A DNA stretch of 58,954 nucleotides, from assembly GCA_964522205.1 (NCBI GenBank), contig CAZFTG010000003.1:24433-83386 (forward strand), written 5' to 3'. Shown here in pieces: positions 49,757-58,954 of this stretch (its first letter is position 1; each line of letters begins with the position of its first letter). Both the position numbers and the translations under genes were made by a program. Source of the stretch: an uncultured Thermoproteales archaeon. Its GTDB lineage: Archaea > Thermoproteota > Thermoprotei > Thermofilales > B20-G17. A model generated the notes under the pieces. That model was not told where the DNA came from. It saw only the letters and a list, made by a program, of their open reading frames with translations, and searched no databases.

Positions 49757-49894
49757 AAAACTCTCTCTTTCTTAGCTCATAGATATGAATCTGAACTTGA
49801 GAACTACATCAGAAGCAATTTAAAGATAATTGAAAGTCATGTAAATGCGAGCTTCTGGAAGAAAAGAATCATAGATTACGATAACTATAACTAA
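49757..49894 (+). pseudogene. Possible remnant of a NucS/DUF91-like endonuclease
   Basis: Start-less frame reads KTLSFLAHRYESELENYIRSNLKIIE..., resembling the ExxLExxLxxNxxxIE start of that domain. Confidence 0.3.
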
Positions 49895-49993
49895 TAACAG
49901 CAATGAATAGTGATAATGATGATAAAATATAAGAACAATATTAAAGCTTCATTAATTACTTATAGTTGGTATTAAAAAGTTAAAATATTTATT

Positions 49994-50758
49994 ATGATAG
50001 ATTTGTATTTTGAATGTGAAACCATGATTAGTATTGCTTATAATGTCAGGGGTTGGAGTGGTTGGCCCTCCTTTAAGGGATTAAATTTCTCTGAGATTGG
50101 AGAAAGATTTGCTGATGTATTGGGTAGATATAGTCCTGATATCATTACTTTTTCTGAAGCTCCTCTATGTTCTATTACTAACATTATTGCTGATAAACTT
50201 GGCATGAATATCTTTGTTTTTCCGAGTTCTTGGAATTGGCATGGTGTACTTTTAACAAAGTATAAGGTTTTAGATGTTAAAGCTTTTTCTTTCGATAGAG
50301 ATTATTGGTCTAGAGATTTGTTTAGTAGGCATTGGGGTAGATGTATTATTGAAACAGAGTTTGGAAAAGTTGTTTTACACAGCTTACATCTTTTTCCCGA
50401 TCCTTCATCTCAAAGACATAGGGATGAGGTATTAGAGGTACTAAAGATTTTGAGAAGAGATATAGATCTAGGATATCCAATATTATTACAGGGAGATTTA
50501 AATCATGAACCTATTCATGAATCATATAAAAGATGGTTGGAAATAGGATTGATTGATTTATTTACTGAGGCTGGAATAGGAGAAGAAAACACTTTTAGGT
50601 CTGATAATCCCAGTCAGCGTATCGACTATATTTTTACCAATAATATTCTAGTTGATCATTTAATTGAATGTCGTGTTTTAAATATTTATCCATTTACACC
50701 AGGAGAAGATGGAGTAGCTTTAAGTGATCATCTTCCAATTATCGCTATATTCAAATAA
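49994..50758 (+). CDS. Endonuclease/exonuclease/phosphatase (EEP) family protein
   Basis: AYNV, PDIITFSE, SLHL, GDLNH, RIDYIF, SDHLP. T-rich codons differ from neighbouring genes. Confidence 0.9.
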   Translation: MIDLYFECETMISIAYNVRGWSGWPSFKGLNFSEIGERFADVLGRYSPDIITFSEAPLCSITNIIADKLGMNIFVFPSSWNWHGVLLTKYKVLDVKAFSFDRDYWSRDLFSRHWGRCIIETEFGKVVLHSLHLFPDPSSQRHRDEVLEVLKILRRDIDLGYPILLQGDLNHEPIHESYKRWLEIGLIDLFTEAGIGEENTFRSDNPSQRIDYIFTNNILVDHLIECRVLNIYPFTPGEDGVALSDHLPIIAIFK

Positions 50759-51125
50759 TTATTAGCTTAGAGTTGGAAGTAGTGCTACTTCTCTCTACCC
50801 ATTGGTAAAGTAGTGGCTTCATCTCTCTACTAATCAAGAGATAATTGAAAGTAGCTCTTGATGAACTAAGAGTTGAATTAATAGAAAAGTTAGAGATGAC
50901 TATGAATATTAGAAGCAGGCCAATGCATGGTTGAAATTAAATCAAAACTTAAACTCAAGAGTTAAATGTAGAGGTGATAATGCGGAATGGAGCAGTTGTA
51001 CTTCAATTACTATTCAAGATCCGAGCCATAAGGGGCTAGTCTGAAGGAGATCTAAATCCAGAGGTCATGGATTAGGGTTGTATAATAAGATTTAAGTAGT
51101 GAGAGAATTAATCTCAGGTGGGCTC

Positions 51126-51974
51126 ATGAGAGCTTTCATATCAGTTGATATGGAAGGAATGCCCCATATAGTCTCACCCGAACACCTCTCATTGAAGAGA
51201 GCTCTCTACGGAGAGGCTAGGAAGATAATGACTAGAATTACAAAGTGTGTATGTGAAGAACTTCATAATAACGGTTTTGACGAAGTGCTGATAGCAGATA
51301 GTCATGGACCTATGGTAAACCTCCTGGTAGAGGAACTTCCAGATTACACTCAAGTAGTAAGGGGCTTTCCCAGGACTACTAGTATGGTTTCACTAATCGA
51401 AGAGTGTAACGTTGCAGTATTCCTAGGATACCACGCGAAGTTCGGTACCCGAAGGGCGACAATGGACCACACGTATAGCGGTGCCAGCATAAGATATGTT
51501 AAGGTAAATGGAATTGAGGTAAGCGAACTCCTATTGAACTCCTATGTAGCTGGTCACTATGGAATCCCTGTTATACTAGTAGCTGGAGATGAGAAGCTTA
51601 TTAAGGATGATGTAAAAGAGTACTTGCCGTGGGCTGAATACGTGATCCTGAAGAGGAGTATTGGAAGGTATTCAGCAGTATCTCGCTCAATAAAAGCCAT
51701 AGAGAGCGAGCTTAGGAGTAAGACTAAGAGTGCCTGTGAGAACGTGAAGACTACCAGACCATTAAGAACAGAATACCCAGTTAATTTAGAGATAAGACTC
51801 TTGAACTCTGCCTATGCGGATACTGCTGAGCTGATACCTGGAGTAATGAGGCTGGATGCATTGACCATAAGATACCAAGCGAGAGACATAATCGAAGCTT
51901 ACAAGGTCATGGAGCTCGTAGCACTCTCAGCAGCAGGTACTAGAGCAGTAATCTCAGACCTAAGCTCTTTTTAA
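51126..51974 (+). CDS. dppA: M55 family D-aminopeptidase (DppA-like)
   Basis: ISVDMEG, DSHG, GYHA, MDHTYS, NGIEVSE. GGTGG RBS before ATG 51126. Confidence 0.92.
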   Translation: MRAFISVDMEGMPHIVSPEHLSLKRALYGEARKIMTRITKCVCEELHNNGFDEVLIADSHGPMVNLLVEELPDYTQVVRGFPRTTSMVSLIEECNVAVFLGYHAKFGTRRATMDHTYSGASIRYVKVNGIEVSELLLNSYVAGHYGIPVILVAGDEKLIKDDVKEYLPWAEYVILKRSIGRYSAVSRSIKAIESELRSKTKSACENVKTTRPLRTEYPVNLEIRLLNSAYADTAELIPGVMRLDALTIRYQARDIIEAYKVMELVALSAAGTRAVISDLSSF

Positions 51975-52561
51975 GAGATACTGAGTGGGCATACGGAACT
52001 TCTTTAGTTTTTTAAACCCTGGCTCTTGATAGCCCTTAACAATGAACTATAATATATGATATGTCTTAGAAGTCAATTGCACTCTATAATTAGATCTAGT
52101 AGGTATACCATTAAAGTTCATAGGGATTATGGTGAGATGTCATAGAAGGTCATGCTATATCTTTGTTATCGGAGATCTAATAGAGGAGATAAAGGGATCA
52201 CATATATAATGACGACTAAATTTAACGATAGTACTCCACCTAGAAACTGAAAAGTAGAAAGCAAAACAGTTAAGGCTCATGGAATTCAAACAACTACTAG
52301 AATACTCTTTGGCCACGTATATCGCATAGTGCACTATTGTGATTAATGGATTCTGATCTCGATATAGGAGACTAGTAGACACTTAGGAATTCGTACAAGT
52401 TCTTCATCGGGAGAACTACTATTGTTATAAAGTATATCCTCACCCAGTACTAAATATCTGATAGTTAGTAAGGTATATAAGTGTAAGAGTGGATAAAGTA
52501 TAAAGGTATGTTAAGCGTAAAAGTTGGTAGAAAAACCAGGTATTACATTCTTCAAAATGGT

Positions 52562-52638
52562 GCCGGGGTAGCTCAGCCTGGGAGAGCATCCGGCTGAAGA
52601 CCGGAGGGTCGAGGGTTCAAATCCCTCCCCCGGCACCA
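52562..52638 (+). tRNA. tRNA-Phe (GAA), intronless, CCA encoded
   Basis: Acceptor GCCGGGG/CCCCGGC; anticodon arm TCCGG-CTGAAGA-CCGGA; T arm GAGGG-TTCAAAT-CCCTC; ACCA end. Confidence 0.97.
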
Positions 52639-52866
52639 GAGTTCAATTCTAATCCTCCTTAAGAGATTTATTAACTCCCATTTACTTTTAATTAAAGATA
52701 CTGAATGATAGTATATATCATAAATGTCGAATATCTCCACCCTACACTAGAGTTTTAGCACTAATTCCCTTAGAGCTCTCTCTTGTAAGCTTTCTAAGTG
52801 AGGTAGAACAATGACTCTTGCTCTCCCACATCTTACCTCTTACTTCCCAAGGAGTGCCATTTAAAG

Positions 52867-52943
<77 letters not shown>

Positions 52944-53276
52944 TTGCAGTACATAAGAGAGATCTATTTAATGGGATATAAACGTTACTTTTCGACTCTT
53001 AAAAAGTTAAAGTTCAAAAGATGAAAAAAGGTCCTTTCTATGCTGCTTTTAGTTAATGCTACTTTTACTTTACTCATCGTTAAATATAGGCTAATTACGA
53101 TAGGATGAGTAGCTGGCATAGGAGAAGAGCAGGAGTAATGAAGCCTAGAGTGTAGTACCAAAAACGCACTTTAAGAGGAACTCTGGTAGACTCCATAAGT
53201 GTCCTACTATTAGGGTATTAATAATTCTTAGAAACGTTTATAAGGACTAGGTTAATGCATTAATTGAGGTATAAGG

Positions 53277-54509
53277 TTGAAATCAAATGTATTCTTCTCT
53301 CGGTTAGCTCATAAAATCAGGGCATCAGAGGTAAGAGAACTCCTAAAGTGGCAAGAAAAGAAGAGGATCATAAGCTTTGGTGGAGGATTTCCAGACCCAG
53401 AATTATACCCAGTAGATGAACTAGCAGATATAGCTCGTGATGTAATACTGTCATATAGAGATGAAGCGCTTAAGTATGGAACTACAGAAGGACTAGATGA
53501 GCTAAGAGAGGAAATTCTCAAATTCATGAAAAGATTTGGGATTAAGGTAGGAGGATTAAATAACATAATAATCACTAGTGGTAGTCAGCAAGCTATAGAC
53601 ATTTTAAGTAGAATACTTATAGATCCTGGAGATGTAGTAATAGTTGAAAAACCAACATATTTAGCAGCTATCAACGCACTTAGTCTTAGTTCTCCAAAAT
53701 ACTACGGAGTTCCAATGGATCGAGAAGGCATGAAAATTGATGCTCTTGAGTCTCTGTTGAAGGAGATCAAAAGGAGAAATGAAAGAGTGAAGTTTATTTA
53801 TACCATTCCAACAGCACAAAATCCCACAGGATTAACTATGAGCAACGAGCGTAGACATAGATTAATAGAACTAGCCGAAGAATATGATTTTCTAATAGTT
53901 GAAGATAATCCATATAGCTACATACTTTTTGAACCCGTTAAGTACGAACATCTTAAATCCCTGGATAAGACAGGAAGAGTTATACATTTAAGCACACTGA
54001 GTAAAGTACTAGTACCAGGTCTCAGGATTGGTTGGGTTATAGCTGAAGAGGAGATTACTAGGAAAATAGTGTTAGCTAAACAGTCTATAGATATCTGTAG
54101 TTCGACTCTCTCTCAGTACATAGCTTATGAGGCATTTAGAAGGGGTTTAATCGATAAGCAGTTGAAAATTCTACCGAAATTTTACAAGAGAAAAAGGGAT
54201 ATAATGCTATGTGCTCTAGAGGAATATATGCCCGAGAGGACTCACTGGATCAAACCAATAGGAGGTATGTACATTTTCGTCAGCTTACCCGATGTAGTAG
54301 ATACTAGAGAGTTACTCATAGAGGCTCTAAATAGAGGTGTCTGTTACATACCTGGGGATAGCTTCTTTATAGATAGGAGTGGGAGAAACACTATGAGATT
54401 AAACTTCAGTTATCCTAAAGCCCATGAAATAGAGAAAGGTATTAAAATACTAGGAGAACTCTTTCGAGAAGTAATGGATAAGCACCTCTTTACTAAAGTC
54501 GTAGCTTAG
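53277..54509 (+). CDS. PLP-dependent class I aminotransferase (LysN/aromatic-type)
   Basis: ISFGGGFPDP, GSQQA, AQNPTG, EDNPY, TLSKVLVPGLRIGW, MRLNFS. Confidence 0.93.
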   Translation: MKSNVFFSRLAHKIRASEVRELLKWQEKKRIISFGGGFPDPELYPVDELADIARDVILSYRDEALKYGTTEGLDELREEILKFMKRFGIKVGGLNNIIITSGSQQAIDILSRILIDPGDVVIVEKPTYLAAINALSLSSPKYYGVPMDREGMKIDALESLLKEIKRRNERVKFIYTIPTAQNPTGLTMSNERRHRLIELAEEYDFLIVEDNPYSYILFEPVKYEHLKSLDKTGRVIHLSTLSKVLVPGLRIGWVIAEEEITRKIVLAKQSIDICSSTLSQYIAYEAFRRGLIDKQLKILPKFYKRKRDIMLCALEEYMPERTHWIKPIGGMYIFVSLPDVVDTRELLIEALNRGVCYIPGDSFFIDRSGRNTMRLNFSYPKAHEIEKGIKILGELFREVMDKHLFTKVVA

Positions 54510-54535
54510 CCTATATATTATGAAGAGGTGAGTGT

Positions 54536-55093
54536 GTGATATATGAAATACGTTTTCATGGACGCGGAGGACAGGGAGTAGTCACAGCTGCAACTCTCCT
54601 TGCTGAAGCTGCAGTTTTTGAGGGTCTATGGTCTCAAGCTATACCGTTCTTCGGAGCTGAGAGAAGAGGTGCTCCTGTTGTTGCCTTTACAAGAATCTCT
54701 GATAAACCTATTAGAATCTATAGCCAGATTTACAATCCAGATGCGATAGTGGTGTTGGATGAAAAGCTATTACAACTTAAATCCATTCTTCAAGGGCTTA
54801 AGAGTAATGGAATAATCGTGGTTAATTCGAGCGGAAAATTAAAGTTACCAAAGATCTCCTCTCAGAGGATCTTCACAGTTAATGCGACTTCAATAGCTTT
54901 GAAGCTAGGTTTAGTAGTAGCTGGATGGCCTGTCGTCAATACAGCTATGCTCGGAGCTACTGTGAGAGCACTCAATATTATTTCTATAGAATCTATAGAG
55001 GAGTGTATCAAGAGGAAGTGGAGAGAAGAAATAGGAGAGAAGAACTCGCTAGCCGCTCGTTTAGCGTACGAAAATGTCAGAGAGAGGGAATAG
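54536..55093 (+). CDS. porG: 2-oxoacid:ferredoxin oxidoreductase gamma subunit
   Basis: EIRFHGRGGQG, FFGAERRGAPV, NTAMLGA. Confidence 0.93.
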   Translation: MIYEIRFHGRGGQGVVTAATLLAEAAVFEGLWSQAIPFFGAERRGAPVVAFTRISDKPIRIYSQIYNPDAIVVLDEKLLQLKSILQGLKSNGIIVVNSSGKLKLPKISSQRIFTVNATSIALKLGLVVAGWPVVNTAMLGATVRALNIISIESIEECIKRKWREEIGEKNSLAARLAYENVRERE

Positions 55094-55095
55094 AA

Positions 55096-55350
55096 TTGAG
55101 AGAGAGAATAGCTCCTATATCAACTCCAGCAGAGGGAGTTATGGGAAAAACGGGGTTTTGGAGAGCATTTAAACCTATCATAGATAGGGAGAAATGCATT
55201 AAGTGTCTGTTATGCTGGCTCTACTGTCCAGAGGGTGCTATACTCAGAACAGATGACGATATTACCATAGACTACGATTACTGTAAAGGTTGTGGAATAT
55301 GTGCCAATGAGTGTCCTAAAAAAGCTATAAAAATGGTCCTAGAGAGGTGA
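55096..55350 (+). CDS. porD: 2-oxoacid:ferredoxin oxidoreductase delta subunit
   Basis: KTGFWR, CIKCLLCWLYCP, CKGCGICANECP. TTG 55096 just after the porG stop; the ORF-track extension to 54925 overlaps porG. Confidence 0.92.
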   Translation: MRERIAPISTPAEGVMGKTGFWRAFKPIIDREKCIKCLLCWLYCPEGAILRTDDDITIDYDYCKGCGICANECPKKAIKMVLER

Positions 55351-55354
55351 AATC

Positions 55355-56536
55355 TTGGAACAAGTAGCTGTATTAAGTGGAAATCATGCAGTTGCATATG
55401 CAGTGAAGTTATGTAGACCTCATGTCATAGCCGCCTATCCTATTACCCCTCAGACCCAGATCGTTGAGAAGTTAGCAGAATTCGTTGAAAGGGAAGAGCT
55501 TAAGGCTAAGTACATTAGAGTAGAGAGTGAGCACTCAGCTATGGCTGCACTTATTGGAGCCTCGGCTACTGGAGCTAGAGTCTTTACTGCAACTTCAAGT
55601 CAAGGGTTATTATACATGCATGAAGCTATCTGGTCTGCAGCTGGTGCTAGACTTCCAATAGTAATGGCAGTAGTGACTAGAGCTATATTCCCTCCATGGA
55701 GCATCTGGACAGATCATTCAGACCTTCTAGCTCAGAGAGATACTGGTTGGATCATAGCTATGGCAGAAAGTAATCAAGAAGTCTTCGATATGACTATCCA
55801 AGCCTATCGTATAGCTGAAGATGAAAGAGTACTACTCCCAGTGATGATAGGGCTAGATGCATTTTCCCTAAGCCATACAGCGGCTCCTGTTAGTTTATTA
55901 GATCAAGATAAAGTTGATAAATTCTTACCTCCTCGTAGAGCATTCTCCTTCTTATTAGATGTAGAGAATCCAATAACCATGGGAAATGTAGCCTTTCCTG
56001 ATCACTATATGGAATTCAGATATCTCATACAGAGAGCTATGGAGAGAGCAAAACAGGTTATACGAGAAGTTGAAGAAGAATTCTATGAAATCTCTTCTAG
56101 AAAATACGGAGGACTAGTCGAAGAATATAGATGTAATGATGCAGATATAATTCTAATATTGATGGGTGCCTGGTCTGGAGATGCTAAGGTGTGTGCTGAC
56201 AAGCTAAGAGAGGAAGGTCTTAGGGTAGGAGTATTGAGAATACGTTTTATTAGACCTCTTCCTATAGAGGAAATTAAGAGAGTTTCATTGGGAAGGAAAG
56301 CTATTATAGTTGTAGACAGAGATATTTCGTTTGGAGGAGCTGGAATACTATTTACTGAAGTATCATCAATTCTTCAACAGAATAATGTGACTGTGAGGGG
56401 ATTTATAGCTGGTTTAGGCGGTAGGGATGTAACAGCTAAAGACTTCACTCAAATGGTTAGACAAGTCTATGCAGATTTAGAAGTAGGAGAGAGAAGGAGT
56501 AGAGTTGAGTGGTACGGAGTTAAGGAGGTAATATAA
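55355..56536 (+). CDS. porA: 2-oxoacid:ferredoxin oxidoreductase alpha subunit
   Basis: AAYPITPQT, VESEHSA, TATSSQGL, GLGGRD. Confidence 0.94.
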   Translation: MEQVAVLSGNHAVAYAVKLCRPHVIAAYPITPQTQIVEKLAEFVEREELKAKYIRVESEHSAMAALIGASATGARVFTATSSQGLLYMHEAIWSAAGARLPIVMAVVTRAIFPPWSIWTDHSDLLAQRDTGWIIAMAESNQEVFDMTIQAYRIAEDERVLLPVMIGLDAFSLSHTAAPVSLLDQDKVDKFLPPRRAFSFLLDVENPITMGNVAFPDHYMEFRYLIQRAMERAKQVIREVEEEFYEISSRKYGGLVEEYRCNDADIILILMGAWSGDAKVCADKLREEGLRVGVLRIRFIRPLPIEEIKRVSLGRKAIIVVDRDISFGGAGILFTEVSSILQQNNVTVRGFIAGLGGRDVTAKDFTQMVRQVYADLEVGERRSRVEWYGVKEVI

Positions 56537-57429
56537 TGACAGTCACTATAAAGTCTCTACCTAAAGAAGAGTATCTATTACCGGGAAATGCCTCCTGTCC
56601 AGGGTGTCCAGCATCTTTAGGACTTAGATTACTAGGTAAGGCCCTAGGAAAGAACATGATACTGGTTGTACCAGCCTCATGTACTTCGATAATTCAAGGA
56701 CCCTACCCTAAGACATCAATAAAACTCCCTCTAATCAATGTAACATTTGCCTCATCAGCGGCTACTGCCTCTGGGATCGCTACAGCTCTCGAAATCCTTG
56801 GTAAAAAAGAAGTGCATGTAGTATGTTGGAGTGGGGATGGTGGAACTGTAGATATAGGGCTACAAGCCCTTAGTGGAGCAGCTGAGCGAGGAGACAATAT
56901 ACTGTACATATGTTATGATAATGAGGCTTATATGAATACTGGAATTCAACGTAGTGGTTCTACTCCTTATGGAGCTTGGACCACGACTACGGTATTAGGT
57001 AAGAGAAGACACAAAAAGAACTTACCTATGATGATGGTAGTTCATGATGTACCCTATGTTGCTACAGCTTCAATAGGTTATCCATTAGATTTTATAGAGA
57101 AAATAAGGAAAGCTACAAGGTACAAGGGATTCAAGTATATACACCTCCTAGCTCCCTGTCCAGTCGGCTGGAGATTTCCTCCAAGTAAGACAATAGAGGT
57201 GGGTAGACTAGCAGTACTCACTGGAATGTGGCCACTTTACGAAGTTGAAAGAGGAGAGTTTAAATTAACTGGAGTTAGTAGGTCGTTATTAAATAAGAGT
57301 AAGAGAACTCCCATAGTTGAATACATTAAAATCCAGGGTAGGTTCTCCCACATATCAGAGGAGGAGATAAGAATTCTCGAAGAGTACGTAGATAAATTAT
57401 GGAATGATATTAGGAAAATTATCTCTTAA
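56536..57429 (+). CDS. porB: 2-oxoacid:ferredoxin oxidoreductase beta subunit
   Basis: SCPGCP, GDGGT, YDNEAYMNTGIQRSG, APCPVGW. Confidence 0.94.
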   Translation: MTVTIKSLPKEEYLLPGNASCPGCPASLGLRLLGKALGKNMILVVPASCTSIIQGPYPKTSIKLPLINVTFASSAATASGIATALEILGKKEVHVVCWSGDGGTVDIGLQALSGAAERGDNILYICYDNEAYMNTGIQRSGSTPYGAWTTTTVLGKRRHKKNLPMMMVVHDVPYVATASIGYPLDFIEKIRKATRYKGFKYIHLLAPCPVGWRFPPSKTIEVGRLAVLTGMWPLYEVERGEFKLTGVSRSLLNKSKRTPIVEYIKIQGRFSHISEEEIRILEEYVDKLWNDIRKIIS

Positions 57430-57546
57430 ACTCGTGATAGTTTAAACAGCGCCCTCTACACTCTGTCTAATACTATCTCGGACATGTTGCAATGTCATTC
57501 TAAATTCTTTGTAGTTGCTGAAAATTTTCCTTAGTTTAAGTAGTTT

Positions 57547-58488
57547 TTACTCTTCTCTCTCTTCGACAATGCTCGACATTACTTCAAAGAGAAAACCTAT
57601 GTCCCCTGTATTATTTATCCACCTTACGAACTTTCTAATTATCATATTCTCGTAGTGTTCATATGCACTCCTTTCACTTTTTCCCCAAAAATAGCTAAAG
57701 CTTAATCTTTCTCCTCTTATCTGTAACCTAAATACGACTATAAGTGAACTATTCAGTAATTTCTTTAATTCTTGAGCCGTATATGAATGTCTACCTATGT
57801 ATATCTCTATGGGTTCATCTTCTTCGAGTAACTCTAGTCTAAGCTTAATATTATCCCCCTCTATTATAGGGATTATCGGACTTTCATTCAGATCTTCTGT
57901 TCTCATAGGACCTATTACTATAGAATTCTCTACGAGGAAGTCATAAAGTTCAGCTGCTAAGGCTACTAGCTCCCTGGGGACATCTATATACCCCTTCTCA
58001 AAATATACTCTGTATACATTCCCTCTCTTCCTTATCCTCTTGAACTCCCCTAGCTCTACATTCAATCCTATTTCTTCTGAAATTCCTTCCTCTAACTTAC
58101 TTCCACATATTGGACATTTTGTATAGTCATCTACACTGGATTCTATGAGTTCTAATGGAGCTTTTCTAGATAGAAGTGCTCTTACTAGTGGAAATGCCTC
58201 ATTAACTAGTTTTATCTTTTTCTTCCATCCATGGTTTTTAATGCTCCTTACTCCATCTACTTCCTTTTTAAGTTGATTTAATTTATTGGGGTTTTCTAGA
58301 ACTACATGACGAATTTCATATTTTTCAAAAATAGAGTTAAGTTCCTGTATAAGATCACTAAGTTTAACATCTATTGGTAGATGACCATCCTCTACTATTC
58401 TTCCACTATGGTCTATTACTACATAGGTTAGAAGTCTCATTTCATCAAGTCCCCATACTATAGATAGGGCTGGTTTTCTAGGTAGCAT
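57547..58488 (-). CDS. Hypothetical protein with RuvC/TnpB-like N-terminal half and unknown C-terminal domain
   Basis: SIVWG...YVVID.SG, YEIRHVVLEN, RKAP...DYTKCPICG. Confidence 0.6.
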   Translation of the reverse strand: MLPRKPALSIVWGLDEMRLLTYVVIDHSGRIVEDGHLPIDVKLSDLIQELNSIFEKYEIRHVVLENPNKLNQLKKEVDGVRSIKNHGWKKKIKLVNEAFPLVRALLSRKAPLELIESSVDDYTKCPICGSKLEEGISEEIGLNVELGEFKRIRKRGNVYRVYFEKGYIDVPRELVALAAELYDFLVENSIVIGPMRTEDLNESPIIPIIEGDNIKLRLELLEEDEPIEIYIGRHSYTAQELKKLLNSSLIVVFRLQIRGERLSFSYFWGKSERSAYEHYENMIIRKFVRWINNTGDIGFLFEVMSSIVEEREE

Positions 58489-58562
58489 GGCTTACCACTA
58501 CTATAGGAGTGCCCCCCTATATTAGTATGTCCATGAAAGTAGCTAGCGTACGGTTGAGAAAT

Positions 58563-58600
58563 GTACTTTTAAGAGACCTTATGAGTTCTCTTAAGCGTAC
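58563..58600. repeat. 14-bp inverted repeat (12/14) with 10-nt spacer upstream of the RuvC-like gene
   Basis: GTACTTTTAAGAGA 58563-58576 / TCTCTTAAGCGTAC 58587-58600. Confidence 0.55.
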
Positions 58601-58954
58601 TAAGTTCATTCTCATCCACTTTTATTCTATTTAATAAGTTTAATACATCGGAATTTTTCTAGGAAAAGAGGATTTTATAAATGTTTTCCTTGCATACAAT
58701 TTAATTTCTCAATAAATTCATTTTTTACATACGGTCTCGACAAGAATCTATGTATGTAACGAGAAATCTAAATGCTATGTCTATAATATAGTCTAACGCC
58801 TTTACAATTCTCCAGATCTTTTACTCCTTTCCTAATACACCATAGGAGGTAAACGTATAGCTTCTAAAGTGCTAAAGTTAATATCTTTTGAGAGTATTCA
58901 TATACGGGTCAGACTATGCCCATAAAGATAGGTTTCTTCACGATAGCGTTCAAT

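Noticed and set aside
50777-50830. Imperfect direct repeat AAGTAGTG...TCTCTCTAC, two copies 31 bp apart
   Set aside because: Only two degenerate copies with a 9-bp gap; not CRISPR-like and plausible by chance.
38695-51050. C/D-box-like motifs (ATGATGA at 38699, GTGATAA...CTGA near 50975-51045)
   Set aside because: Box spacing and D/D' pairing are not convincing, and no guide complementarity can be tested here.
24371-51992. Shared 11-mer TGAGTGGGCAT near two gene ends (about 24371 and 51982)
   Set aside because: Many 11-mer matches are expected by chance in 59 kb.
52000-52560. Possible decayed gene or integrated-element scar before tRNA-Phe
   Set aside because: Multiple stops in all frames inspected and no motif. 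I found no duplicated tRNA 3' end (att site) or integrase in the window.
54925-55095. N-terminal extension of porD in the ORF track
   Set aside because: Overlaps porG out of frame; PorD-like sequence begins at TTG 55096.
57547-58954. Intact IS200/IS605 element or Cas12-type effector
   Set aside because: No tnpA, no WED/REC region, incomplete RuvC triad and no array.
58620-58954. Possible gene end at the right window edge
   Set aside because: All three minus-strand frames hit stops within about 20 codons of the edge; no supported CDS.

Overview
Gene-dense, AT-rich archaeal chromosomal window. Archaeal signs include L38e, a CTP-dependent riboflavin kinase, a single-OB SSB, a class III signal-peptide pilin, geranylgeranyl reductase, and GC-rich CCA-encoding tRNAs. 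The host is probably a (hyper)thermophile of the TACK/Thermoproteota or Asgard radiation; this cannot be resolved from the window. Most of it is housekeeping for a fermentative heterotroph: peptidases (M42, M24, M55), sugar enzymes (GH38, fucose-isomerase-like, FGGY kinase), pyrE-B-I-C plus pyrD, rpiA/phi/prs, an aminotransferase with a porGDAB-type oxidoreductase, tRNA-Phe(GAA) and tRNA-Lys(UUU). No CRISPR array, rRNA, integrase or intact IS element was seen. Best candidates for new biology: (1) a CARF-like/wHTH regulator divergent from a stand-alone nurA-herA pair lacking mre11/rad50, with a 21/22-bp inverted repeat in the shared promoter; (2) an edge-truncated protein resembling a eukaryotic DENN domain; (3) a RuvC/TnpB-like protein with an apparently lost catalytic Asp and a novel C-terminal domain. 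Also noted: a radical-SAM/ArsR fusion, a HEPN-MNT pair and two small foreign-looking islets. All family assignments come from motif recognition by eye, not database searches.
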